DNA from: Candidatus Woesebacteria bacterium
GTDB lineage: Bacteria > Patescibacteriota > Microgenomatia > UBA8517
Assembly (NCBI GenBank): GCA_020060565.1
Contig: JAGVAE010000001.1
Coordinates: 130,671-194,670 of the forward strand
Direction of reading: 5' to 3'
DNA length: 64,000 nt
Shown here: positions 19,634-34,217 of the stretch, one piece after another
Numbering within the stretch: the first letter of the stretch is position 1
Layout: each line of letters begins with the position of its first letter
Translations under genes and position numbers: made by a program
Notes under the pieces: generated by a model
The model's database searches: none
Told to the model about the DNA's origin: nothing
Seen by the model: only the letters and a program-made list of their open reading frames with translations

Positions 19634-22600
19634 TTATTTTTTTCTTAATATACCCCTAATTCCATAATAAATGGGAATGGTAAGAAGAAGTAGTAACCAT
19701 AAATATCGATTTTTATTAATTGAAGCTCCTAGAACATTTGAATCACCTTTATCTTCGTTGTTATCAGATTCCTGTGTCTCTTTTGTTGTCTCTACCTCCA
19801 AAACTACGGTTGGATCACTCCCAGTATAAGTTGATTCTGGTGTAGTAGTACTATTGTCTGTTGCACTTATTCCCAATACTTGTGGGTGTGTACTGCAGTC
19901 ATGATTAGCACAACCTAGACCATCACCTCCACCGTCACCACCATTTGCAACTGAGGAAGCTAAAATAGTAGGTGTAATTCTATAAACTGCTTCCAAAATA
20001 TCACTGGCATTACCAGCGTTATCATAAGCAATGGCTTTAATAATCGTGTCTTGGTCAATTATAATGGCATCGGTATATGATAGACTCGTATCGTCCGGAG
20101 TTGATTCGTCTGTGGTATAGAAAATATTCTTTAGACCACTTCCCCCATCAGAGCTTGTCAATGTTACCGATTGAATAGAAGTATAATCGCCAGCAACAGG
20201 AGTTGCCATTGGAGTGGTTGGTGAAGTATTGTCAACAGTTACAATTTTTGTGTCAATGCTCCTTACCCAATTTCCCCCAGTTTTGTCTTTAGCTGCAACT
20301 TTAATATACATTAATCCTTCATTCCATGAAGTTGGCACTAAATAATGAACTTGATATGAATTTCCTGAAATTTTAGTCATTGTAGTTGATGTTGGGTTTG
20401 GCCTATTTGTATAGGAATTGTTATAAGAAAAATCTGCTGAGACAGCTGAAATACCTGAAAAGTCTGTTACATCAGCAGAAACATTTAAAGTATCACCTGC
20501 TTTAATATAAAACTGGGGATTTACTTCTAGATTACTAATAGTGGGCACATTGTTGTCTACTGTTAGTTTTCTCATTTCACTCCAACCACTTTCATTTCCT
20601 ACTACATCAACTGCTTTTACTCTCCAATAAAAAGTTATGGTTTGAGTACCTCCAACTGTGCGACTGTTGCTTGTTATAGAGGTTGTATAAATCAGACTAC
20701 TATCATTTCCAGATTCATCAAAATAGCTTGCATATATATAATGATGAGCATCTGGTATTAAACTCCATGATTGTTTGGGATTTCCATTAACAACTGCTCC
20801 ATTTGCAGGAGAGTTCAAAACAGGAATTTCGGGGGCAGTTGAATCATATGTAATCTGACAACTTCCAGCAAGTGTTTTTGATGTGAGTGCCCAATCGGAT
20901 TTATTTCCAACATAGTCCACGGCCCTTACTGCATAACCATAAGTTCCGTCGGAAGTGGGTACCCAAGTATGTACAAATTCGTTAGTTGTTAAGATCTGTT
21001 CATTGATTCCAATAGAACCATTGGGGTTAAATGAAGTATATTCATAATGACTAAAATCAGAATCATTATTTGCACTCCACGTTGGAATAAGTGTTTGACG
21101 TTTGCTCATGGCCCCACAACCATATTCATTTATTTTGTCTGGTGTAAAACGGGTTAATCCAATTGGTTTGGCTGGTGCAGTATTGTCAACTATTATTGTT
21201 TTCCATTCAATTGATCCATTATCTTTGTTGCCAGCTGCATCACGTGCCTCGAGCTTGATAACATAAGTTCCATAAGGAATCGAGGATGTATCCCAATTAA
21301 AAATAAGTTTATCTTCAAATGAAGATTTATCATACACTACTTCCGGACCAGCAACAGTTGTTCCGCTTGAATCCTGTATCACTAACCAATAATGATCAGG
21401 ATTGATATCACTGACTGTACCGTAAATTGGGACAATACCTTTAACAGAAATCTCTGTTGGTGAAGTAATGGCTACATCGGGAGCGGTAGTGTCATATGTA
21501 ACAGAATATACATATGCAGTTGTCTCTTCATTGTCAGCTTCGTCAACTGCTGATGCTTTTATATCATATACCCCATCAATAGAGGGATTCCAAAAAGTAT
21601 CCCAATCAAAGATTTTGTTGGGATTTGAATTAGTCAATGTAGATAGTAGGTTCCACACATTTTCTCCTGCCATCCTCCATGAAATGTTTACTAATTTTGT
21701 AAATAAATTATCGGTCGAAATTCCACTTATATTGATTGAAGTTTTCCAAATACTTTTTCCCAAAGGGGAAGTCAATGTGGTTGTTGGTGCTGTTGCATCA
21801 TAGTAATAATGTCTCCATTCACTCCAAACCCCTTCATTATTCAGATTATCAAAAGCCTGGACTCTAAACCTTACTCCACCTTGCTCATTGCTGTTAGGTA
21901 AATGGTTTCTTTGCGAAAGAGTGCTTGTTCGATAAGGTGCGTCTGGGAATGTGTGATGATCATCATATTGATACTCAATTCTGTAATAATTTATTCCTGA
22001 TGAATCATATGCATCTCCCCAGTCATTTAAGATAGGTTGTGTTGTAAACCAATCATTTTCGTTGGGAAATAAAATATCTGGCGCAAATGGACCAGATGAA
22101 TCAATAGTAAAATCAGCATCTGAACTATCTGATATATTTAAATCTTCATCTGACACAGTTGCTCTTACTTTTACGGTTGAAGAATCTATTTTCGGAACTG
22201 TCCACGAATAACTTCCTGTGTTTGGTAAATTGTCTTCAATTGGTTGATAATTAATTCCATCTGTTGTGTACTCTAATTTTATCTGAAGTGTGTCCCCGTC
22301 AATATCTGAAGCATTCCAAAAAATATCTTGATTACTACTTCCCGCATAGATTTCATCACCATTGGGTGAGATTACGGTAATAGCTGGAACTGTGTTGTAA
22401 AATACTTTTACCTCAATGTGGTCCACCTCAATCCATTGTCCAAAAACGGTGTTTCCTTGAGCAGCGAAGGCCACACCAAAACTAGGATTATTCAAATCAG
22501 CAGGTGTCCATGTCTCACCCCATAGATAATTCTTGCTACCATATTTTTGGTAAGCGTCTATAGTGGGATATTTTTCGTCACTAGCCAAGTTATTACCCAC

Positions 22601-23524
22601 TGCTTCTCCATTCTTAATTAGTCTTACAATATAATCTTTAGACTCTTTGGATCTTTCAGGAGAAGCTTTTCTTTCAATATTTACAACAATCCCTTCAATT
22701 ATTGCGTTTGAGGGAATTGACAAATCAAAGTTTGTAACTTGCAATGTTTCCGATCTCAATCCCAAACTAAGGTAGACTTTCGCATATTTATCGTCTGATG
22801 TGTAAATTTTGTTTTTGTTGTCCCATTCTACTTTACCCCAAAAATCGGTCTGGGTGGACTTTGTAGGATTTGCTACAACAAAAATCGTAAAGTGATCGAT
22901 ATTTGAAACGAGAACTTCTGAATCAGTTGTGGAAACTCCCCCAGATGTGACGAAATTTTGCCCATCTTCCGAGAATTTAACTTCGAGATCGTTGGACTCT
23001 GGTTTGGGAAGCGTAAGATTATATTCAAAGGTTCCATTATCCATGGTGGAAGTAATGTCATAAGCCTTGTCTGAAAGAGCTTTGGAATTTTCCATTTGTT
23101 CAGGAGTAAGGATGATTTCCTCAATAGTTAGATCATTTGGTGTTTCTGGAAGTTTAGTGAAAGTAACTGAAACTTTGGTATCTTTGTAAAAATATTGTGT
23201 ATTAAGAGAAACGCTAGTATAAGTAATTTTATTGGATTGTTCGGCTAGTGCATTATTTTCAACAGAAGTTAAAAATGCTTCAGATGTCGCAGTTAGAATG
23301 AGAGACTCTTCAATTGTGGAGGAAAGGGAAGCTTCAGAACTTTCGATTGGATCAGTGGTTGGTGTAGTTGTGGTTGTGGATGCAGGCACAAGTGTTTCCT
23401 CTGTAGTTGGAGAAGGAGTTGGCTCATCCGTTGCTATCACTGCAAATGGTGCGCCTAGGGAGTTGAACAGTAATGCTACAGTGGCGATAAAAGAAACGAT
23501 TTTCCTCAGTATTCTTAGTTTCAT
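19634..23524 (-). CDS. Large surface protein with multiple Ig/Fn3-like repeats and C-terminal membrane anchor
   Basis: Signal peptide, repeated D-x-T-A-P linkers and AxDxxGN motifs, IFYTTD...IKAIAYD domain, C-terminal TM plus RKK. Confidence 0.85.
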   Translation of the reverse strand: MKLRILRKIVSFIATVALLFNSLGAPFAVIATDEPTPSPTTEETLVPASTTTTTPTTDPIESSEASLSSTIEESLILTATSEAFLTSVENNALAEQSNKITYTSVSLNTQYFYKDTKVSVTFTKLPETPNDLTIEEIILTPEQMENSKALSDKAYDITSTMDNGTFEYNLTLPKPESNDLEVKFSEDGQNFVTSGGVSTTDSEVLVSNIDHFTIFVVANPTKSTQTDFWGKVEWDNKNKIYTSDDKYAKVYLSLGLRSETLQVTNFDLSIPSNAIIEGIVVNIERKASPERSKESKDYIVRLIKNGEAVGNNLASDEKYPTIDAYQKYGSKNYLWGETWTPADLNNPSFGVAFAAQGNTVFGQWIEVDHIEVKVFYNTVPAITVISPNGDEIYAGSSNQDIFWNASDIDGDTLQIKLEYTTDGINYQPIEDNLPNTGSYSWTVPKIDSSTVKVRATVSDEDLNISDSSDADFTIDSSGPFAPDILFPNENDWFTTQPILNDWGDAYDSSGINYYRIEYQYDDHHTFPDAPYRTSTLSQRNHLPNSNEQGGVRFRVQAFDNLNNEGVWSEWRHYYYDATAPTTTLTSPLGKSIWKTSINISGISTDNLFTKLVNISWRMAGENVWNLLSTLTNSNPNKIFDWDTFWNPSIDGVYDIKASAVDEADNEETTAYVYSVTYDTTAPDVAITSPTEISVKGIVPIYGTVSDINPDHYWLVIQDSSGTTVAGPEVVYDKSSFEDKLIFNWDTSSIPYGTYVIKLEARDAAGNKDNGSIEWKTIIVDNTAPAKPIGLTRFTPDKINEYGCGAMSKRQTLIPTWSANNDSDFSHYEYTSFNPNGSIGINEQILTTNEFVHTWVPTSDGTYGYAVRAVDYVGNKSDWALTSKTLAGSCQITYDSTAPEIPVLNSPANGAVVNGNPKQSWSLIPDAHHYIYASYFDESGNDSSLIYTTSITSNSRTVGGTQTITFYWRVKAVDVVGNESGWSEMRKLTVDNNVPTISNLEVNPQFYIKAGDTLNVSADVTDFSGISAVSADFSYNNSYTNRPNPTSTTMTKISGNSYQVHYLVPTSWNEGLMYIKVAAKDKTGGNWVRSIDTKIVTVDNTSPTTPMATPVAGDYTSIQSVTLTSSDGGSGLKNIFYTTDESTPDDTSLSYTDAIIIDQDTIIKAIAYDNAGNASDILEAVYRITPTILASSVANGGDGGGDGLGCANHDCSTHPQVLGISATDNSTTTPESTYTGSDPTVVLEVETTKETQESDNNEDKGDSNVLGASINKNRYLWLLLLLTIPIYYGIRGILRKK

Positions 23525-23585
23525 ATAACAGAATACCAACTATTACACTCTGAGTATACTATCGGAATTGTATTTGTCAAACTTT

Positions 23586-25577
23586 TTATATCAAAAATGG
23601 AGCGATAAGAAGGGCGACAATGTTTACAATCTTTATCATCGGGTTTAAGGCTGGGCCTGCAGTATCTTTATATGGATCCCCAACTGTATCTCCCGTAACA
23701 GCAGCTTTGTGAGCCTCACTTCCTTTGCCACCAAAATGTCCTGATTCAATATATTTTTTAGCATTATCCCAAGCTGCTCCTCCAGTTGTCATTGAAATTC
23801 CCACAAAGATTCCTGTAACAATTACTCCCATCAAAAGCCCTCCGACTCCAGATGCTCCAAGTACAAGTCCAACTAAAATTGGAGAAGCAACAGGAATAAT
23901 AGCAGGAACAATCATTTCTTTTAATGCTGCTTTTGTAACTATATCAACGGCACGCCCATATTCTGGCTTTTGTTTTCCTGACATAATTCCCTTAATGGTT
24001 TTAAATTGGCGTCTGATTTCTTCAACAATTGCTTTTGCGGCAGACCCGACCGCTTCCATTGCCATTGCTGCAAAAAGATAAGGAAGTGAAGCACCAATAA
24101 GAAGTCCAACTAAAACTTTTGGATCAGAAAGGGAGAAAGTTAAATTAAGTCCAAGTTTTGAAAGTTCTTCAGTAAATGCCGCAAAAAGAACCAAGGCTGC
24201 TAACCCCGCAGAAGCTATGGCATATCCTTTAGTAACAGCTTTTGTGGTGTTGCCTACAGCGTCAAGTGCATCAGTAACATCTCTAACTTTTTCAGGTTGG
24301 TTTGTCATTTCTGCAATTCCACCTGCGTTATCTGTGATTGGTCCAAAAGCATCAATTGCCACAACTATCCCAGTTAAAGAAAGCATGGACATGGCGGCAA
24401 TGGCTACACCATAAAGACCAAACAAAAAGAATGAAGCCAAAGTTGCCGCACAGATTAACATAATAGGAGCGAAAGTTGATTTCATAGACACTGCCAAGCC
24501 TGCAATAATATTTGTTCCATGGCCCGTGACCGAAGCGTCTGCAATATGTCTTACTGCTTGGGAGTTTTTGGAAGTATAAAACTCAGTAATGACAACCATT
24601 CCTACTGTGACCACAATTCCTATCAATGTGGCCAAAAATACTTTTATGTCTCCCCCAGCCAGAACTTGGGTAAGATAGTAAAAAATGAGAGCGGAAACAA
24701 TCGAAGCTACTGCGAGTCCTTTATATAGTGCAGGCATGATTTTTTTGTCTTTTCCAGGTCGAACAAAAAATGTTCCGATAATGGATGCAACTATTGCGCC
24801 CGCTCCAATGGCTAGTGGAAAATTAATTGCCAATGGAGAGTTTGCAAGAACCAAGCTGCCAAGAATCATTGCCGCAACCGCAGTAACCACATAAGTTTCA
24901 AATAAATCGGCGGCCATTCCTGCACAATCACCCACGTTGTCTCCAACAAGATCAGCAATAACTCCAGGATTTCTAGGATCGTCTTCAGGAATACTCTTTT
25001 CAATCTTTCCTACCATATCAGTTCCAACATCAGCCCCCTTGGTGTAGATTCCTCCACCTAAACGTGCAAATACTGAAATAAGAGAGCCTCCAAAACCAAG
25101 TGCAATTAAAGGACTGAGAGAATCAACACCAAACTTTTGAAGAACCAAATATGTTCCAGAAATAGCCATAAGTGCAAGTCCTGCAACCATGAGTCCTGTT
25201 ACACTTCCACCTGCAAATGCGGTGATTAAGGCAGGAGAAAGACCTTTTTTAGCAGCTTCAGTTACTCTAACATTTGCACGAACTGAGATATTCATTCCAA
25301 CAAATCCTGCAGCAGCAGAGAGAGCGGCCCCGACTAAAAATGCAAAGGCGTTAAATGGTCCTTGGAGAAGCCAAAGAACTATAAAAATAACGACTGCGAT
25401 ACCCGAAACTACGATATATTGACGTTTAAGATATGCTTGTGCACCTTCTGCAATAGCATCAGAAATTGCAACCATATTGGGTGTTCCTGTTGGAAGGCGT
25501 AAAATTCTAACTGTTTGAATTATTCCGTAGGCAATTGCAAGAAGGCTAGAAACAAGAGCGATGTTTACAAAATTCAT
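23586..25577 (-). CDS. hppA: Membrane ion-translocating pyrophosphatase, likely K+-independent H+ pump
   Basis: [42 protein letters not shown] motifs. Confidence 0.95.
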   Translation of the reverse strand: MNFVNIALVSSLLAIAYGIIQTVRILRLPTGTPNMVAISDAIAEGAQAYLKRQYIVVSGIAVVIFIVLWLLQGPFNAFAFLVGAALSAAAGFVGMNISVRANVRVTEAAKKGLSPALITAFAGGSVTGLMVAGLALMAISGTYLVLQKFGVDSLSPLIALGFGGSLISVFARLGGGIYTKGADVGTDMVGKIEKSIPEDDPRNPGVIADLVGDNVGDCAGMAADLFETYVVTAVAAMILGSLVLANSPLAINFPLAIGAGAIVASIIGTFFVRPGKDKKIMPALYKGLAVASIVSALIFYYLTQVLAGGDIKVFLATLIGIVVTVGMVVITEFYTSKNSQAVRHIADASVTGHGTNIIAGLAVSMKSTFAPIMLICAATLASFFLFGLYGVAIAAMSMLSLTGIVVAIDAFGPITDNAGGIAEMTNQPEKVRDVTDALDAVGNTTKAVTKGYAIASAGLAALVLFAAFTEELSKLGLNLTFSLSDPKVLVGLLIGASLPYLFAAMAMEAVGSAAKAIVEEIRRQFKTIKGIMSGKQKPEYGRAVDIVTKAALKEMIVPAIIPVASPILVGLVLGASGVGGLLMGVIVTGIFVGISMTTGGAAWDNAKKYIESGHFGGKGSEAHKAAVTGDTVGDPYKDTAGPALNPMIKIVNIVALLIAPFLI

Positions 25578-25633
25578 TATAGCTTGATATTTTAAGAGTT
25601 AGTCTTTCTGATTTCAATAGCTAATTTGTAAAG

Positions 25634-28691
<3,058 letters not shown>

Positions 28692-28766
28692 ATGGACAGT
28701 TTAAATCTTAGAAGTAAAAAGTCAAAAGTTATCATCAAATGACATTTTATATGTTAATATTAATGT

Positions 28767-30512
28767 ATGCCCACTGCTCAACCGACACCTGCCATCCCCG
28801 CAGACAAAAGTCTTCCTAATGGAACTTTGGCTGATGTTTTGGTTGTAATTGGAGCTTTGGATAAAGCTCGTGCAGATCAAATAAAATTAGCTGAAATTCA
28901 AAGCGGAAAATCACAAGAAGAAATTATTAAAGAAGGTGCTTTGGTGCCTGATAGTAAGCTAGTTCAAGCCAAGGCACAGCTGTATAACATTCCATATGTT
29001 GATTTAAGTGCAATACCAGTTGAACCAGCTTCCTTGGCTTCTCTTCCTTCTGAAGTTGCAGAAAGGTTCAAGGTTTTTCCAATATCTGTTGATAGAAAAG
29101 AAAAAAGTTTAACTCTTGCCATGGCGGATCCCTTAGACCTTTCTGCCATTGAATTTATTGAACAAAAAACAGGCCTTCATGTAAAACCCCGAGCGGCTGA
29201 AGCTATGCAGATAACCGATTTTATTGAAAACCGTTATTCATCTTCTCTTACTCAGGAAGTTACAGCGGCAATGAAGGAAGTGGCCCCCGAGAGGAATGAA
29301 ATACACACCCTGGAGTCAAGTAAAAATGGTTTTATTAGAGAAGAAAAGGTGGCTCAAATAGTTTCCCAAATACTTGATTTTGCCATTAAATCGCGCGCAT
29401 CCGATGTTCATATTGAGCCCCAGGAAAAATCCACCAGGGTAAGATATCGTATTGATGGTATTTTACAGGAGAAATTAACTATCCCCCACGAGCTTCACGA
29501 CTCACTTGTTTCCAGAATAAAAATTTTAGGTGCAATGAAAATAGACGAAAGAAGAATCCCTCAAGATGGAAGATTTAATTTCAAAGGCCAAGAGGAAGAA
29601 GTGGATCTTCGTATCTCTTCTCTTCCAACCTCTTGGGGAGAAAAGATTGTCATGAGACTTCTTAAAAAATCTGGAGGTGTTCCTGATTTACCTGAATTGG
29701 GACTTCGTGGTAATGGACTTAAAAATTTGCAAGAAGCTATACTCCGTCCGCATGGAATAATTTTAATTTGTGGCCCTACTGGGTCAGGAAAAACTACCAC
29801 TCTTTATTCAGTTATATCAAAGCTTAATACTCCTAAAGTAAATATTGTTACTCTGGAAGATCCTATTGAATATAAAATTCCAGGAGTAAATCAGGTACAA
29901 ATAAACCCAGCAGTGGGTCTTACTTTTGCCGATGGACTTAAGTCTTTCTTAAGACAAGATCCAAATATCATTCTGGTTGGAGAAATAAGGGACCGAGAAA
30001 CCGCTGATCTTGCCATACAGGCTTCTCTTACCGGACATTTAGTGTTTTCAACACTTCATACCAACGATGCCTCAGGAGCACTCCCTAGATTACTTGATAT
30101 GGGTGCAGAACCCTACCTTCTTTCCTCTTCGATTACGTGTATTGTTGCACAGCGCGTTGTTAGAAAAATCCACAATGACTGTAAGGAAGCATATATTCCA
30201 GAACAAAAAGTGATTGAGGAAATGAAAGTTGAGTTGGGTAGTCTTTGGCAACCAACAGGTGAAACAAAATTATACAAAGGAAAGGGTGATCCAGAATGTG
30301 GAAACTCGGGATATTTTGGCAGAGTTGGTATATTTGAAGTTATTCCAACAACAGAAAAAATAAGCAGACTCATACTAGAAAGATCTAGCGCTTCTGCTAT
30401 TAATAAACAAGCCAAAGAAGAAGGGATGATTTCTCTTAAACAGGATGGATACTTGAAAGTAATCGAAGGAATTACTACAGTGGAAGAGGTAATCAGAGTT
30501 GCACAGGAGTGA
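28767..30512 (+). CDS. pilB: Type IV pilus assembly ATPase PilB/GspE
   Basis: ASDVHIEP, PQDGR, GPTGSGKTTT, LRQDP, TGHLVFSTLH. Confidence 0.95.
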   Translation: MPTAQPTPAIPADKSLPNGTLADVLVVIGALDKARADQIKLAEIQSGKSQEEIIKEGALVPDSKLVQAKAQLYNIPYVDLSAIPVEPASLASLPSEVAERFKVFPISVDRKEKSLTLAMADPLDLSAIEFIEQKTGLHVKPRAAEAMQITDFIENRYSSSLTQEVTAAMKEVAPERNEIHTLESSKNGFIREEKVAQIVSQILDFAIKSRASDVHIEPQEKSTRVRYRIDGILQEKLTIPHELHDSLVSRIKILGAMKIDERRIPQDGRFNFKGQEEEVDLRISSLPTSWGEKIVMRLLKKSGGVPDLPELGLRGNGLKNLQEAILRPHGIILICGPTGSGKTTTLYSVISKLNTPKVNIVTLEDPIEYKIPGVNQVQINPAVGLTFADGLKSFLRQDPNIILVGEIRDRETADLAIQASLTGHLVFSTLHTNDASGALPRLLDMGAEPYLLSSSITCIVAQRVVRKIHNDCKEAYIPEQKVIEEMKVELGSLWQPTGETKLYKGKGDPECGNSGYFGRVGIFEVIPTTEKISRLILERSSASAINKQAKEEGMISLKQDGYLKVIEGITTVEEVIRVAQE

Positions 30513-30556
30513 CGACTCAATTAAAAATTAAAAATTTATAATTTAAAATTAATAAT

Positions 30557-31615
30557 ATGGATATAAAGTTGTTATTACAAAATACAATAGACAGTAAAGC
30601 CAGCGACCTGCATTTAATTGCAGGTCTTCCTCCAACCCTAAGGATTAATGGTGAACTTGTCCCAATTCCTTCTGTTGGTGTTTTAACCACTGATCAGATT
30701 AATCAATTCTTAAAACAGATAATGACTGCAGAACAGTTGGAAAAGTTGTCAGTGAATAAAGAAATTGACTTCTCCTTAAGTTTTTCGGACAAAGGAAGAT
30801 TTAGAATTAATGCCTATACACAAAAAAATTCCATGGCAGCAGCTTTTAGATTAATTCCTCTTGCGATTCCAGATATAGATAGTATGGGACTTCCCAAAAT
30901 TCTCCACTCATTTACTAGTTTGCGTCAGGGACTTGTACTTGTTACTGGTCCAACTGGGCATGGAAAGTCCACTACTCTAGCGGCTATGATCAATGAAATA
31001 AACAAAAATCGAACTTGCCATATTTTGACAATTGAAGATCCTGTAGAATTTATTTTCAAACCCATTAAATCAATAATTTCCCAAAGGGAGATGAGAAGTG
31101 ATACTCATTCATGGGAAATAGCGTTAAGAAGCGCACTTCGTGAGGATCCTGATGTGGTTTTGGTAGGAGAAATGAGGGATTACGAAACCATTGCAGCAGC
31201 ATTAACTGTTGCAGAGACTGGACATTTAGTTTTTGCAACCTTGCATACTAATAGTGCAGCTCAATCAATTGACAGAATTGTTGACGTTTTTCCAAATGAA
31301 CAACAAAAGCAAATTAGGCTTCAGTTAAGTAATACCTTGGAGGCTGTATTCTCACAGCGCCTTGTTGCTTCGGCTGCAAAAGGCAGAGCTGTAGCCTATG
31401 AAGTCATGCTGGGTACAACTGCAGTAAAAACTGCCATAAGGGAAGGAAAAACTCATCAGATAGAAAGTATTCTTGAAACTTCCCAGGAAGCTGGAATGAG
31501 CACTCTTGAGCGCTCCCTGGCTGATTTGGTTAAAGCGGGAACCATTACCATGGAAACCGCTGAAAGTTGGAGTCTTCGCCCTGAAGAACTTGCAAGACTA
31601 GTTAGAAGTATATGA
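30557..31615 (+). CDS. pilT: Retraction ATPase PilT
   Basis: GPTGHGKSTT, ALREDPD, AETGHL, AIREGK. Confidence 0.95.
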   Translation: MDIKLLLQNTIDSKASDLHLIAGLPPTLRINGELVPIPSVGVLTTDQINQFLKQIMTAEQLEKLSVNKEIDFSLSFSDKGRFRINAYTQKNSMAAAFRLIPLAIPDIDSMGLPKILHSFTSLRQGLVLVTGPTGHGKSTTLAAMINEINKNRTCHILTIEDPVEFIFKPIKSIISQREMRSDTHSWEIALRSALREDPDVVLVGEMRDYETIAAALTVAETGHLVFATLHTNSAAQSIDRIVDVFPNEQQKQIRLQLSNTLEAVFSQRLVASAAKGRAVAYEVMLGTTAVKTAIREGKTHQIESILETSQEAGMSTLERSLADLVKAGTITMETAESWSLRPEELARLVRSI

Positions 31616-32817
31616 ATAGATTTAACTATAAAGCCAAGGATAAAGATGGACGGCTTGTTACAGGAGAAGTTGAAGCTGGATCATTAACAGATGCTGCAAG
31701 ACTAGTAAGAAGTAAGGGTTTATATATTATTTCTCTTCAGGCAAAGATTGATTCACCTCTCAATTTAATTAAGAGGATGAAAGAAAGAATTACCAGTCGC
31801 GATGTGGCAACATTTACAAGACAACTTTCAACAATGATAAATGCGGGACTTCCCATAACAGAAGCTCTTTTAATATTACGTTCACAGTCAAAAGGTTCTA
31901 TGCAAAAGATTGTTGCTCAAATTTTAGCTGATGTTGAAGCGGGAGAGTCATTATCTAATTCTCTTGAACGCCACCCCAAGATATTTTCAAAAACATATAT
32001 GGCATTGGTTAAATCAGGTGAGGTTGGAGGGGTTATGGATGCTGTTTTGGGAAGACTTGCAGATAATTTGGAAAAACAACAGGAATTCGCGGGTAAAGTT
32101 AAAGGAGCGTTGATTTATCCAGTAGTGATTATTGTCGGAATGGTAGTGGTAAGTATTATTATGATGATATTTGTTATTCCCCGACTTTTGTCGTTATATG
32201 CTGATTTTAATGCAACACTACCGCTTCCAACTTTAATTTTAATCAGTATTTCAAACTTTCTTATTAAATTTTGGTGGATAATTGTTGTTATTTTGGGACT
32301 GGCTGCATATTTCCTTAAGCTTTACGACGCAACCCCAAACGGAAAAAGACATATAGATTCTATTAAATTCAAATTACCAGTTTTTGGAGATCTTCAGCGT
32401 CAAGTAGTTTTAACGGAACTAACACGCACAATGTCCCTTATGGTTGGATCTGGAGTACCCATACTTGAAACTCTGAACATAACAAGTGAAGTGGTGTCCA
32501 GTCCAATAGTCTCAGATGCCTTAAAAGATTCTGCTAAACAAGTAGAAAAAGGTTTTCCTATTGCCTACTCATTTTCTAAACATCCAGAAGCATTTCCCTT
32601 TATCTTAAGTCAAATGATAGCAGTTGGAGAGGAAACTGGAAAAATGGATGATGTTTTAACAAAGATAAGCCACATTTTTGAAGTGGAAAGCGACGAGAGG
32701 GTTAAGGGTTTAACTTCCGCTATTGAGCCTATTGTTATGGTGGTTTTGGGTTTGGGGGTGGGGTTTTTGGTTATTGCTGTGATACTTCCAATATATAACT
32801 TGACAAGTCAATTCTAA
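31612..32817 (+). CDS. pilC: Platform protein PilC/GspF
   Basis: FTRQLSTMINAG, GEVGG, ALIYP, VGEETG, AIEP. Confidence 0.95.
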   Translation: MNRFNYKAKDKDGRLVTGEVEAGSLTDAARLVRSKGLYIISLQAKIDSPLNLIKRMKERITSRDVATFTRQLSTMINAGLPITEALLILRSQSKGSMQKIVAQILADVEAGESLSNSLERHPKIFSKTYMALVKSGEVGGVMDAVLGRLADNLEKQQEFAGKVKGALIYPVVIIVGMVVVSIIMMIFVIPRLLSLYADFNATLPLPTLILISISNFLIKFWWIIVVILGLAAYFLKLYDATPNGKRHIDSIKFKLPVFGDLQRQVVLTELTRTMSLMVGSGVPILETLNITSEVVSSPIVSDALKDSAKQVEKGFPIAYSFSKHPEAFPFILSQMIAVGEETGKMDDVLTKISHIFEVESDERVKGLTSAIEPIVMVVLGLGVGFLVIAVILPIYNLTSQF

Positions 32818-32835
32818 TGAATAATACTTAAATAT

Positions 32836-33486
32836 ATGCGTAAAGCCTTTACCTTGGTTGAGCTTTTGATAGTTATTGCGCTCCTTGGTGTTATAGCAAC
32901 AATAGTTATTGCCGCGATAAATCCTATTGAACAAGCAAACAGAGCTTCAGATGCGGGTAAAAAAGCTGATGCCAGTCAGCTTATTTCAGCCATTGAACGC
33001 TATTACACGACTCACGGTCAATTTCCTTGGCAAGCACCTTCGTGTACCGCAAACGGAGGATCCTTCTGTGAACCTATCCAGGGAGCAGATGCGACATTGG
33101 CATTTCTTTCCGCTGACGATCCTTCTATTGGGCTTTGTGGGGCAGCAGGCGTTGCTTGTAAAACAACAGCCAACCAAGGGGAGTTGATTTCAAGTCTTGA
33201 GCTTCAGACTCAGTTTTTAAGTAAGAATTGGATTGGAGCTACTGCTCTAAGCGATAAAATTTTAGTAGGTAAAGGAGCTGGTTCTTCGTCGGGTGTCTAT
33301 GCTTGCTGGGTACCAAAAGCAAATTCAAATAGACAAGTGTTAATTAGTAGTGTGGGTACAAATAACAAGATGATTGATACAACGGCTGCTTTTACAAGTG
33401 CAGGAATACCGACAGGTGGAACTTGTACGGCTATTACAGATACAGGATGGACCACAGGTGCGTGTTCCGAGTGTGTTCCTGAATAA
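32836..33486 (+). CDS. Type IV pilin (candidate major pilin)
   Basis: MRKA|FTLVELLIV N-methyl-Phe motif; multiple Cys. Confidence 0.85.
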   Translation: MRKAFTLVELLIVIALLGVIATIVIAAINPIEQANRASDAGKKADASQLISAIERYYTTHGQFPWQAPSCTANGGSFCEPIQGADATLAFLSADDPSIGLCGAAGVACKTTANQGELISSLELQTQFLSKNWIGATALSDKILVGKGAGSSSGVYACWVPKANSNRQVLISSVGTNNKMIDTTAAFTSAGIPTGGTCTAITDTGWTTGACSECVPE

Positions 33487-34217
33487 TGTTTCTTCTTTTT
33501 TTTCTAAAATTTATCATTGGTATAGTTATCGGTTCTTTTATTGCAGCACTCACATATCGATATCCAAAAAAAATTTCAAATATTTACGGACGTTCCTTTT
33601 GTGATAATTGTAAAAAGCAAATTAAATGGTTTGATAACATTCCCCTTCTATCGTTTATTTTTCTTGGTGGAAGGTGTAGAGATTGTAGTGGCAGAATATC
33701 ATTACGTTATCCTGCCATAGAAATACTGACTGCTGTATTTTTTGTGTTAATTGGATTTAATATCATTTGGTTAATTCTATTTTGTATCTTAGAAGTTATT
33801 TTTATAATTGACCTGGAAAATCAAATTATTCCTGACATTTTTGTGTTTATTGGACTAGCTGTAGTAATTTTAAATTTTCAATTTTTATCACAAGGTGTAA
33901 TTATTTTCAATTCAGCTCTTGCGGGGTTGGTTTGTGCATCATTTTTATTACTTGTTCATTTACTTACCAAGGGCCGTGGAATGGGACTTGGGGATGTTAA
34001 ATTTGCAGTACTTGGGGGGTTTATTGTAGGACTACCATTGTCCCCTATTTGGCTACTTATAGCATTCTTGACAGGTGCAGTGGTCGGAATCATACTGATT
34101 CTAGTTGGAAAAGCTAAGCTTAAAAGTAAAATCGCTTTTGGCCCTTTTTTAATTGCAGCAATTCCAATTACTTTATTATGGGGACAAAAAATTATAGATA
34201 TACTGGGTTCACATTAA
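33486..34217 (+). CDS. pilD: Prepilin peptidase (A24)
   Basis: RSFCDNC, NIPLLS, GRCRDC, GMGLGDVK, IAFGPFL. Confidence 0.93.
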   Translation: MFLLFFLKFIIGIVIGSFIAALTYRYPKKISNIYGRSFCDNCKKQIKWFDNIPLLSFIFLGGRCRDCSGRISLRYPAIEILTAVFFVLIGFNIIWLILFCILEVIFIIDLENQIIPDIFVFIGLAVVILNFQFLSQGVIIFNSALAGLVCASFLLLVHLLTKGRGMGLGDVKFAVLGGFIVGLPLSPIWLLIAFLTGAVVGIILILVGKAKLKSKIAFGPFLIAAIPITLLWGQKIIDILGSH

